Shown piece by piece: positions 1 to 11,948 of a DNA stretch of 64,000 bases. Source of the stretch: Eledone cirrhosa (Eukaryota); NCBI GenBank assembly GCA_964016885.1, contig OZ024743.1, positions 183,334,001 to 183,398,000 of the forward strand. Direction: 5' to 3'. The notes below the pieces were generated by a model, which saw nothing but the letters and a program-made list of their open reading frames with translations, did not search any database and was not told where the DNA came from. Each line of letters opens with the position of its first letter. The stretch's first letter is position 1. A program made the translations under genes and the position numbers.

Positions 1-567
1 ATATATCCATCCTTCTAACTATAAGGTTATTATAAATACAACGACTTAGGAAATCCAAGGACAGACCCGAAGCAGCAGTCAGCAAGTGATAACGATGTAG
101 GCATCAGTAGACCTACCATTTCTCTGTCCTGGCCCTTACTGGCTTCCACCTTACCGGCCACAGACACGGTCAGGCAGCCAGACATGAAGCAGCATCCTTG
201 AGAAGAAGAATATATTCTAAGAATAGGCACACACACACACACATAGTAAGTTCATATTGTTTGCATTATACGCTCATCCTATTCTTCCTGACATATTGTA
301 TCTGTAAGACTCAACACAACTTTTACATCATCGTCTTCTCTGATACATGCATTCACGCTACCTTGTAGCAGCTAGCCAATTAATGTACAGATAATTCATG
401 TCATAAATATTATTACTCGATGTTCAAAGTGGATATTGTTATTAATAAATAAACGTTGTTAACAATTCAATCATAGCATTATTCTTTTCATCAAACTACC
501 ATACAAAGAATACCATCTATCCACTACACATGATTATTACTTTTATATTAATGTTAAAGACAAAATG

Positions 568-599
<32 letters not shown>

Positions 600-604
<5 letters not shown>

Positions 605-795
605 AACGAGTAGGACTCCGACGGCTGAGCTCAAGCCGTTTCGGCGGCTAATTCTTTTAGTCCAGAATTAGCCGTCGAAACGGCTTGAGCTCAGCCGTCG
701 GGGTCCTACTCGTTCCTATTACCCACTCTACTACCCTAAGTATTGAGTACTTTGGTGCGTTATGGTCCATCTGGTTCCTTACCACATTTCCTTCG

Positions 796-797
<2 letters not shown>
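600..797 (+). mobile_element. Fold-back element with half hammerhead motif in (TA)n (Penelope-like remnant)
   Basis: 56-nt inverted arms at 600-655 and 664-719 plus a unique tail of about 78 nt; flanked by (TA)n on both sides. Confidence 0.75.
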
Positions 798-858
<61 letters not shown>

Positions 859-945
859 GGGGCTCATTCTACTGACATGGCTGTAAAAATGAGGCTTGTT
901 TGCATAATTGCAAACGAATCGAATATTAATATTCGAAAAACTCAG

Positions 946-1066
<121 letters not shown>

Positions 1067-1509
1067 TAATTTTTTATTATTTAATGTTAAAGAATAAAAA
1101 CTAATGACAAAATGAAAATGTTTTAAAAAATGAGGCCGCCGAGGATGTGTGGCCCTACGCTATGGCTTATAGATAAGTTGAGCACTGACTAAGCGCATCC
1201 AACTTTTCTTTATAAAAATCCTTTCAGAATTTCTTTCCTACAGGCACTGACCTACAGATATTCAAACTAAATATTAACTGTATAGATGCGAAAAGTAGGT
1301 ATCTGTATATGCCATGAACACTACCTCTTCTCTATTAATTCATAGTTGTAGGTCATATTTGCTGTTAGTGATTCAGTGAAGATTTAGTACAGGTATAGGC
1401 AATATTTATCGAGCAGTGGGCATCATCAAAGCAATTTTGAAATGATTCGTGCCAACAGAAAGCCAAACAGTCCACAGTTTACTCACGACTGTTTTAGTAA
1501 TTCAGTTTA

Positions 1510-2385
1510 ATCAGCCATTCAATGTGGGAGTCGGACTCTGCCAAAGGTGTGTACTGTCACCTTTCCTGTTCATAATTTTCATGAACAGGATTGACATATG
1601 CAGCCAGGTTGGAAGTAGTATCACGACTACAGTTGTAAAATCAGTCCGCTGGAGTTTGCAGACGACATTGTGCTACATAACTCAACAGAAGGTGATCTCC
1701 GACTTACACATGATAGGTTTGATGCCGAGTGCCGCATGGCTGGGATGAAAATTAGTGCTGTGAAAACTGAGACATTCATCTCCCTATGAAAGCCTGCGCA
1801 GTGTATTCTTCATGTGAATGGAGTTCTACTGAAGCAGGTAGAGAAGTATCTCGAGTGATGGAAGGCAAGAGCCTGAATTAAGTGCTAGAATGTCAGTGCA
1901 GTAATGCGCCAGCTTCAGCATTCACTAATCAGAAGAGGGGAAGTAAGTGTAAAAGCCAAACTCGCTATCTTTAATTCTGTATTCGTGCCAACCCTGACCT
2001 ATGGTCATGACTGAAAAAATATGATCGTGAATACAAGAGGCCAAAATGGGGTTCCTCCGAAATGTCGTTGGAGTAACGTTACTCGATGAAGTGCGTAGCT
2101 CTGAGAATCACACCAGGTAGAGCCGCTACTTCTCCAAATTGAGAGATCACAGCTGCGATACTATTGACATGTGGTTAGAATGTCTCCTGAAAGAATCGCT
2201 GGACAGATTTTAAGGGCAAAACCAACCGGCAGGGGTAAAGCAAGATGGTTGGATAACATCCATGGGCTTCGCTGGTCTCGCTTGGGAATCCGGCCGGATC
2301 ATTTGGAGATGATTGATTCTGACATGACTAGCTGGAAAGAGTGTTTGAGGACTCTGCTCCCATGACCCTCTCAAGTAGAAGAAGA
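1510..2385 (+). mobile_element. Degenerate LINE 3' fragment, second RTE-like family with (GAA)n tail
   Basis: FNVGVGLCQRCVLSPFLFIIFM RT motif; GHVVRM...GR..RWLD C-terminal region; similar copies elsewhere in the window. Confidence 0.85.
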
Positions 2386-2799
2386 AAAAAAGTTTAATTC
2401 GCCATCAAAAATATATATACTAAATTTTTTTCTAATAAGTTAATTGCAATAACTAGGCGTTCCATCGGATGTGGCAGCAAGTACTGTTTCTTTATTGGTG
2501 TCATGCGAAAGAAAAACTCTGACTGAAACAACATACAATTAGATTAACAAATATAAGTTTTGACATTAGTTTAAAAGAAGAAATTCTTCTTAATGCTAAT
2601 GATACTTTTCTTTTTCTTCATCCAAATTCACTCTCAAATAAATTATTCCACTCTTTATAGAGTAAAGACTATTTTATAAAGTTATTTCCCTTTAAAAAAA
2701 CAACGAACGAGAGATCTCGAGATTTGCTTCGAAGAGAGGGGGTGAATAGAGAGAGATTGTAGTTGCGTTACCCTTTCTATCTAATTATAGAAGTGACAA

Positions 2800-3430
2800 A
2801 AAAATAGATAGAAAGAGGGGAAAGAGAGAGAGAGAACTAAATATAGATATAAGGAAGAGAGAGAACTAAATACATATATAGAACGAGGGAAGGAGAGTAA
2901 AATAGATATAGACAGAAGGAAAGGAGAAGAGAGAGAAATAGATATAGATAAAAGCAGAGGAAGAGAGAGAGGTAGATATTGATAGAAGAAGAGGGAAGAG
3001 AGAGGCATGTAGAGATAGAAAGAGAGTGAAGAAAGGAATAGAAATAGATAGGGAGATAGATATATAGAAAGAGAGAAATGAAAGAGGCAAATACAGAAGA
3101 AGTAGATACATAGAAGGAGGAAGAGAGAGGTAAATATAGATAGAGAGTGAAGAGAGAGGTAGATATAGAGTAAAGACAGAGGTAGGTACAAATAGGTAAA
3201 GGGAACAAGGAGAGTGAAGAGAGGTAGATACAGATAGAGGGTGAAGAGAGTGAGGAGAGAGAGGTAGATCTAGATAGAGGGTGAAGAGAGTGAGGAGAGA
3301 GAGAGGTAGATCTAGATAGAGAGTGAAGAGAGAGAGGTAGATTTAGATAGAGAGTGAAGAGAGAGAGGTAGATTTAGATAGAGAGTGAAGAGAGAAAGAG
3401 GTAGATCTAGATAGAGAGTGAAGAGAGAAG
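2800..3430. repeat. Polypurine (GA-rich) tract with degenerate ~31-40 bp units
   Basis: gagagtgaagagagagaggtagat(c/t)tagata repeats immediately upstream of the putative ARPC4 exon 1. Confidence 0.85.
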
Positions 3431-3466
3431 TGAAGGATTGGTGTGTAATTTATAACTGCCCACACC

Positions 3467-3469
3467 ATG
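3467..3469 (+). CDS. ARPC4: ARPC4 putative coding exon 1 (ATG only)
   Basis: CACACC-ATG|GTGAGT gives a good Kozak context directly followed by a consensus donor. Exon 2 starts in phase 0 with AATLRPYL and lacks a Met. An ATG-only first coding exon matches the vertebrate ARPC4 structure as I recall it. The choice of this particular ATG is inferred. Confidence 0.65.
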
Positions 3470-4506
3470 GTGAGTAAACTTGTTCCGTTATCCTAATTAT
3501 TAAAATAATTTAGCGACATCAAACAATATATTTATTATATTTTATAACATTACAATAATGCAGAAAGTAACTACAGAAATAATCACAGAGAACATGTCTC
3601 TCTTCATTGTCATTATATAAATGTCCATTTATTGGAAGTTGATCAAATCAACCACATTTTTGTCACGCGATCTTCAATATTTTATATTTCACATCTAAAC
3701 ATTTCTTTCCCACTTTTTTAAAACAATATTTGTTATTTTATTGTTAAAACCAATCCCGGATCTGTCATGTTAGTGTCTGTCTAAATAATATGAGGAATGA
3801 AGGAATTAATTACTAAATAAACAACATCTAACGAGACTAATTCACTTTAGGAATAATATTTTGGAGGTTTCTTATTAATGACATCAATCTTGTGAAATAT
3901 ATTTAACAATCAGATATTGTACCTTATATTTATATGTGTGTGTATTTATATGTATGTATTAGAGAGAAAGGGATGTGTGTGTATATATATACAGTATGAG
4001 AGAGAGAGAGCGAAAGAGGTGTGTGTATATATATGTGTGTGTGTATGTATGTATATATATATATGTGTGTGTGTTTGTATATGTGTGTGTATTTAAAAAG
4101 TAAACAAATAACAAAGCAAACGACACAGTACATTGAAGAAATATACTAGTTTATATATATATACATGTATATATGTATATATACATGTGTACATATACTA
4201 TATTCATATCATAACATAATATGATGATTGTTTCTCAGTAGAAAAGCTCAATGGAAGTTTGTCTAGAGCATCAATAATTCAAATTAAAAGATAGATATAT
4301 GTATAGAGAAAGAACCATATATCGTTAGAGGAATACAGTATTTTGTACATATATATAAAACACATTATATTTAGGAAAAAGTACATTCTTTGAAGTGGAT
4401 ATATATATATATTGAGAGATGGGTGTATATATAATAGAGGGGGTGTATATATATGTATGTGTATTTATATGTACATGTGTGTGTATATATATATATATAT
4501 ACACGG

Positions 4507-4539
<33 letters not shown>

Positions 4540-4929
4540 CACGGGTGTGTATATATATATATATATATATATGAATATAAAGTCCAATTCAGCTGTTTTA
4601 TATTATTTGATCTCTTCGATAATTGTCTATCGTTTTTATTATTAGTATTATTATTGATATTTGAATTTTGATCCTAACCTATTACTTTTCACTATTAATA
4701 CCCAAAAGAAAACAAAAGGGTATATTTTCCCCTTATATCTACATGAAATATCATTTTTACTATCTCGACTTTGAAACCCTTAAATTGACATAAAACCTTC
4801 GTGTCTGAATAGATTTTAAAATAAATGTGGCTATTTTCTGTAATATATATATATATATATATAACAGATCTATCTATCTACCTCTAAATATATATATATA
4901 TATATATAACAGATCTATCTATCTACCTC

Positions 4930-4966
<37 letters not shown>

Positions 4967-4991
4967 CAGATCTATCTATCTACCTCTAAAT

Positions 4992-5022
<31 letters not shown>

Positions 5023-5689
5023 ACATCTATCTACCTCTAAATATATATATATGTATCTGTCTATATTGTACCACATGAAGCTACTCAGACCACGCCCTCT
5101 TTATTTAATACAAAGAAGTTTTTATATAATCTATTTTTATTAAAGACATGAAATTGTCTGTTTTAAGCATCTTAACACTGTTTTTTCTTCATTGTTATAT
5201 CGTGAGTTAATTTTAAATGATTCTAGAATTATAATTGATTTTAAAATATTGTTTGTTGTTAATTACATTTTACGAAAGGAGTCGATTTATTTAAAATTTA
5301 GAAATCTTACTCCATCATTGAAATAAAAATCCTTAATATTAACAAACTTTTAATGTTATAAAGTGTAGCAGTGTGTCTAGTGGGTGTTGAAGAACAGAAG
5401 GTTTTATTTTGTATAGTTGACTCATCTTAAGACAACTTATATGCGTCAACTTGAAAAATAAAACAACACAAGTTCAAATTACTCCTAACATAGTTATATC
5501 CTAGTTGAAACAAAATTCCGGCATTTATTTGAAGAAGTTTGAATATATTTTCTTATAACTGATTTAGTACTAAAATTTCATAGATGTGAATATAATGAAA
5601 ATCGTGTGTGTGTGTGAGAGAGAGAGGGAAATGGATAAAGATAAGACTGAATTCCTCCCACCTACAACAACCTGTAAATTCTTTCCTCC

Positions 5690-6570
5690 CAAAATACTCA
5701 TGGCCGCTGACAACAAGGTTACTTCCGCTACGGGTGTCCTGCAAGTAGATCCACTCGGCTCCGCTTTGCACTGGCAATTGACGTCGCTGCCCAGGTGCCC
5801 TCCAACGTCTGGTACCTGGATAACGTGACCCAGAGTGGCTCGGCTGAGACGGTAGTTGAGGATCTTTGGCTAATCATCCAAGTCCGAGGTGATAAACATC
5901 GCTCCCAAAGATGACGCCTGCATTCTCAGCTCTCCAATTCCTTTGGAAGCCATACCAGAGTGTCTGGAGACCAAGCACACTGACCTGTCAAGAATAGCGG
6001 AGAGGCTGTGCCTCATTGATGCTCACCTGGCGCTCTTCCTCCTGAGGCACTGCATCACCCTTCCCAAATTCTTGTTCATGCTGCGTAGCATGCTTTGTCA
6101 CCTTCTCGCAGATCACCTCAGTGAACTCAATGCCACCATCCGATGCTGTGCGGAACTCATCTGCAATGTTAGTTTCGACAACACCAGCTGGCAACAGGCG
6201 AAGCTCCCAGTGAGGTTTGCTAGCCTTGACCTCCTATTCGCTTCGGATCTGGCACTGCTAGCCTACTCCTTCTCAATCTACTCCAGTCACACCTTCATTA
6301 GTGAGGTCCTAACAAGATAGCCAAACCTGATGTGGCCCTAGAATTGGAGAAGGCTCTGGCCAACAGGACAGGCGAAGGCCTCTCTGTCCCCCAGTATACA
6401 AATGTCCAATGTAACTGGGACAACATCATGTGCAGGTTTTCCTTCAGGCAGATCAAGTTTGGATTGGACCAATACCACCTTGTCTTTCTTCGATTCACTT
6501 TGCAGCCAAACAGTGACGCATGGTTCAATTCGGAGCTCATTTCATCAACTGGTACTTTTCTTGATGAGTG
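5690..6570 (+). mobile_element. Degenerate CRE-like non-LTR retrotransposon RT fragment
   Basis: SATGVLQVDPLGSAL (degenerate GVQQGDPLGP); DAHLALFLLRHC..LPKFLFMLRS; WQQAKLPVRF. Confidence 0.7.
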
Positions 6571-8022
6571 CACTCACATCAGAGTGGTCCATAACCAAGT
6601 CCACATTGATTTGATTTCAAATGTGTTAGGTTTTGTTTTGTTTTTAATAATGGTTTCTGATTTAGGCACAAGGATTGACCCCAGTGTGTTTCTGGTACTT
6701 TATTTTATCAACTCTGTAAGGATGAAAGGCAAAGCTAACCTTAGCAGGACTTGAATTCAACGTAAAGGGATGTAACTATATGAGGCTAAGCATGTCTGAT
6801 GCTCTACCGATTCTACTGCCAATCCCCCACCCTTCTCTTAATAATAATTTCTAAAATGGGCACAAGGCCACAAATTTGGAAAAGGGAGTTGCTTAAATTA
6901 ACCCCTCTGCCTGACAGCTCTTCTTGCTCGGCGAGGCCTGGGTCATCTTAAGCCAGTGATGCCAGAAGAATCATTGTGTGTAGAGCCGACTTTATTTTAT
7001 CAAGCTGAGAAGAATGAAAGACTACATTGAACTGAGAAAGTAAATAGCTGAAATAAATACAGATCAAATAGAATATCCGGTAAATAGTGTGGGGGGAGGG
7101 GGCGATATAGTTGGATATGTGGTGTCAAAATATCTGACAGGCCTCATGGCATCTCTCTACCAAAAATTAAAGGTGCCTTCATTCAACTCTGTTTTAAGAT
7201 ACACAGACTGCATTGGTTTGGAGATGTGAACTGTAGTGGTGGATGGATACATAGATGTACCAGGATTGTGGCTACTGGTAGACAGGGAAAGGGGTGTCCA
7301 CATAAGACCTGGGAAAAAGTAATCAGAGATGATCTTAAAGTCTGGAACCTGGACCAAAACCTATCTCTGGAGAGATGCTTTGAAAGAGGCTACCAAAACA
7401 TCCAATGGTTGTGACAAGAAAAGATGAGGTTAAACCTGATGCCAATGATGTTGATGATGATGGGAGCAATTATACTTTCCCAAAACATTTGTGATCTTGT
7501 GAAATAAATGTTATTGTGTAAAATGCTACATAATATAGCTAACAATGGAATGGTGATATGCTATAATGGAAAAGATACCAGTACAAATGGTGATATGCCA
7601 TGTGATGATGATGATGCTATTCTGAGTCTAAACTGATAATCAGTGGCTCCAAACTTATTTTGTTTTGAAACCCTTATACAATTTTTCAAAGAATATATCA
7701 CCCATAGCTATATTTTATGGATAATCCCCACCATCCCAGTTTTATTAAGACATTAAATGAAACAAAAATTGTTTTTGAGAGAGAATTTATTTATATAAAA
7801 TAAATATTAATGCATTTTTTGTTATTAAAATATAGTGAATGTCTCAGAAACCCAGAATTGTTTGTAGAGCCCTAGGGTTCTTCAGAACTGACTCAGGAAA
7901 CACTGTTGAATATTAATCAACCCAACCCAGTCTGAAATGGGATGGCTAATTATATATTAACATTCCACTGAGCTTCACATACCAACCATGTTTCTAGGTC
8001 ACTGTTGTTTCAGTACAAGCAA

Positions 8023-8953
8023 CTACTGGTCTAACATTTCCTTTCACATACACCTTTACTACTGGTCTAACATTTCCTTTCACATACACCTCTACTGGCC
8101 TAACATTTCCTTTCACATACACCTCTACTGGTCTAACATTTCCTTTCACATACACCTCTACTGGTCTAACATTTCCTTTCACATACACCTCTACTGGTCT
8201 AACATTTCCTTTCACATACACCTCTACTGGTCTAACATTTCCTTTCACATACACCTCTACTGGTCTAACATTTCCTTTCACATACACCTCTACTGGTCTA
8301 ACATTTCCTTTCACATACACCTCTACTGGTCAAACATTTCCTTTCACATACACCTCTACTGGCCTAACATTTCCTTTCACATACACCTCTACTGGCCTAA
8401 CATTTCCTTTCACATACACCTCTACTGGTCTAACATTTCCTTTCACATACACCTCTACTGGTCTAACATTTCCTTTCACATACACCTCTACTGGTCTAAC
8501 ATTTCCTTTCACATACACCTCTACTGGTCTAACATTTCCTTTCACATACACCTCTACTGGTCTAACATTTCCTTTCACATACACCTCTACTGGTCTAACA
8601 TTTCCTTTCACATACACCTACTGGTCTAACATTTCCTTTCACATACACCTCTACTGGTCTAACATTTCCTTTCACATACACCTCTACTGGTCTAACATTT
8701 CCTTTCACATACACCTCTACTGGTCTAACATTTCCTTTCACATACACCTCTACTGGTCTAACATTTCCTTTCACATACACCTCTACTGGTCTAACATTTC
8801 CTTTCACATACACCTCTACTGGTCTAACATTTCCTTTCACATACACCTCTACTGGTCTAACATTTCCTTTCACATACACCTCTACTGGTCTAACATTTCC
8901 TTTCACATACACCTCTACTGGTCTAACATTTCCTTTCACATACACCTCTACTG
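8023..8953. repeat. 33-bp minisatellite, about 28 near-identical units
   Basis: Unit ctactggtctaacatttcctttcacatacacct. Confidence 0.97.
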
Positions 8954-9523
8954 TCCATTTGGTCAACTTTTGCTATCTCCAGTTCCTGTCACTATAGCTA
9001 CTCTCATGTCCCAAATATTGGTGGTGGTGGGGAAAAAAGTGGCGTATGGTGGTGGAGAAATTAGCGGGGCAGGGTTGGTGTTGGAACAAGCAGGGGAGAG
9101 GTGAAAAATCTGTAATTTTTCTAGGTTGTCTTTGTTGATTTAAAAAAAAAACAGAATTAGACTTAGTTTACATATTGAGACCCCAACCCATCCTATTTTA
9201 TAATGTATAGGATTTCTAGTAATGTATATTTTGTATAATGTTTTTTAATGTATAAAGAAAATTGTTGCAAGAATGTTACAAGTTAAAATAAAATTTCTCC
9301 AGAGATAGATTAGCAAAATTTAATAAGCCGGAATGTTGGAATAAGAGCGGGGGTGGTAGAAAAATCTAAAAAAATTAATAAGCAGTGGAGGATGATTATT
9401 GTGAAACCTGAGAGTACATGAAACAAATACCCTACATTCTGAATAGGTGTTGTAGATAACAAACATGATATAGATGGACATAGAACATGTGTTTGTACAT
9501 ATTGACATATATATATATATATA

Positions 9524-10303
9524 CGAACTAAGGAAAAAATTAGAAATAAGAGGGATCAGATGTTGTTTACTCGAGAGAAGGCTACGTTGGTATGGTCACG
9601 TGATGCGCATGAAAGACGACAGCTGTATAACAAAGTGCAGGGCAATAAAGATAGACGGTAGCCACGGAGTAGGCAGACCCAGAAAAACATGGGACGAGCT
9701 GATAAATTCCGACCTCACACGCTTACACCTCTCCAAGACAATGTCACTGGACCGAGACCTTTGGCGGTACTCAGTAATAGAGAAGACCCGCCTTACCTAA
9801 ATACAAAGTAAAAACCTACTACAGTCAGTAGGCATCTCTATCAAAACACACCCCCGTCCCACCACCTCCACCCCACCCACACCGCCCCTTTCAATGTAAA
9901 GTTATGTTGGTCCCACAACATCCAGGCCGAAACAAATGAGATCGTGTAGGTGTCACGACAAAAAACACACAGTCCACGCTGTAAATGTGGCCGTGTAGGC
10001 AACACGGTAAAAACCTCCCAGTCCCACACTGTAAATGTGGTTGGTGTTAGGAAGGGCATCCAGCTGTAGAAAACCCGCCAGACAGTCCACGCTGTAATGT
10101 GGCCGTGTAGGCAACACGGTAAAAACTTCCCAGCCCCACACTGTAAATGTGGTTGGTGTTAGGAAGGGCATCCAACTGTAGAAAACCCGCCAGACAGTCC
10201 TATGCGAGCAAGACAACCACTCTTGCCTCAAGTGGGAAAACCCCCGTCCAAACCCATGCAAGCGTGGAACACGGACGCTAAACCTGATGATGATGATGAT
10301 GAT
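9524..10303 (+). mobile_element. RTE-type 3' end with long 3' UTR and (GAT)n tail
   Basis: ERRLRWYGHVMRM...GRPRKTW*; internal tandem duplication of about 118 bp at 9972-10200. Confidence 0.85.
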
Positions 10304-10642
10304 ACACACACACCTACCTTGTATCCATTTTCATTCAGAGTTAGGGCTTTCTTAGGTTACTTTTGCTGGGGTCTACAGAGTTCACATCTGTGTTTGTGTG
10401 TGTGTATGCATGTGTCTGTGTGCTTGTGTGTATGCATATATTAGTGTGTGTGAGTGTGTGTGCATGTATGTAGGTGTGTGTGTGTATGCATGTCAGTATG
10501 CATGCATGTGTGCATGTGTATGCATGCATTAGGTGTCCATTTTTATTATGCATGTTTTAAAGGTGGAATTTAAACAAAAGGGGTAATTATTTTTACAAGT
10601 TGATGATCTTTATAGAAACAAGTCAACCATGAAGAGTTAATG

Positions 10643-11948
10643 ACATAGACAGTGTCTTTCATTAGAAATATGGTAAGGAAAGGTTTAAACAACATAGACA
10701 GTCTTTCATTAGAAATATGGTAATGAAAGAGTTAAACAACATAGACAGTCTTTCATTAGAAATATGGTAATGAAAGAGTTAAACAACATAGACAGTCTTT
10801 CATTAGAAATATGGTAAGGAAAGGTTTAAACAACATAGACAGTCTTTCATTAGAAATATGGCAAGGAAAGGTTTAAACAACATAGACAGTCTTTCATTAG
10901 AAATATGGTAATGAAAGAGTTAAACAACATAGACAGTCTTTCATTAGTATTATGGTAATGAAAGAGTTAAACAACATAGACAGTCTTTCATTAGAAATAT
11001 GGTAAGGAAAGGTTTAAACAACATAGACAGTCTTTCATTAGAAATATGGTAAGGAAAGGTTTAAACAACATAGACAGTCTTTCATTAGAAATATGGTAAT
11101 GAAAGAATTAAACAACATAGACAGTCTTTCATTAGAAATATGGTAATGAAAGAGTTAAACAACATAGACAGTGTCTTTCATTAGAAATATGGTAATGAAA
11201 GGGTTAAACAACAGAGACAGTCTTTCATTAGAAATATGGTAATGAAAGAATTAAACAACATAGACAGTCTTTCATTAGAAATATAGTAATGAAAGGGTTA
11301 AACAACATAGACAGTCTTTCATTAGTAATATGGTAAAGAAATGGTTAAACAACATAGACAGTCTTTCATTAGAAATATGGTAATGAAAGAGTTAAACAAC
11401 ATAGACAGTGTCTTTCATTAGAAATATGGTAATGAAAGGGTTAAACAACATAGACAGTCTTTCATTAGAAATATGGTAATGAAAGAATTAAACAACATAG
11501 ACAGTCTTTCATTAGAAATATGGTAATGAAAGAGTTAAACAACATAGACAGTGTCTTTCATTAGAAATATGGTAATGAAAGGGTTAAACAACATAGACAG
11601 TCTTTCATTAGAAATATGGTAATGAAAGAATTAAACAACATAGACAGTCTTTCATTAGAAATATAGTAATGAAAGGGTTAAACAACATAGACAGTCTTTC
11701 ATTAGTAATATGGTAAAGAAATGGTTAAACAACATAGACAGTCTTTCATTAGAAATATGGTAATGAAAGAGTTAAACAACATAGACAGTGTCTTTCATTA
11801 GAAATATGGTAATGAAAGGGTTAAACAACATAGACAGTGTCTTTCATTAGAAATATGGTAATGAAAGGGTTAAACAACATAGACAGTCTTTCATTAGAAA
11901 TATGGTAATGAAAGGGTTAAACAACATAAACAGTCTTTTATTAGAAAT
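10643..11948. repeat. 47/49-bp minisatellite, left block
   Basis: Unit aaacaacatagacagt(gt)ctttcattagaaatatggtaatgaaagggtt. Confidence 0.97.

Noticed and set aside
30-242. Short ORF at the window start
   Set aside because: Starts in a (CA)n repeat; no recognisable homology on either strand
7988-8966. Repetitive ORFs (WSNISFHIHLY)n and (VEVYVKGNVRP)n
   Set aside because: By-product of a stop-free 33-bp minisatellite in ARPC4 intron 1; no splice or coding support
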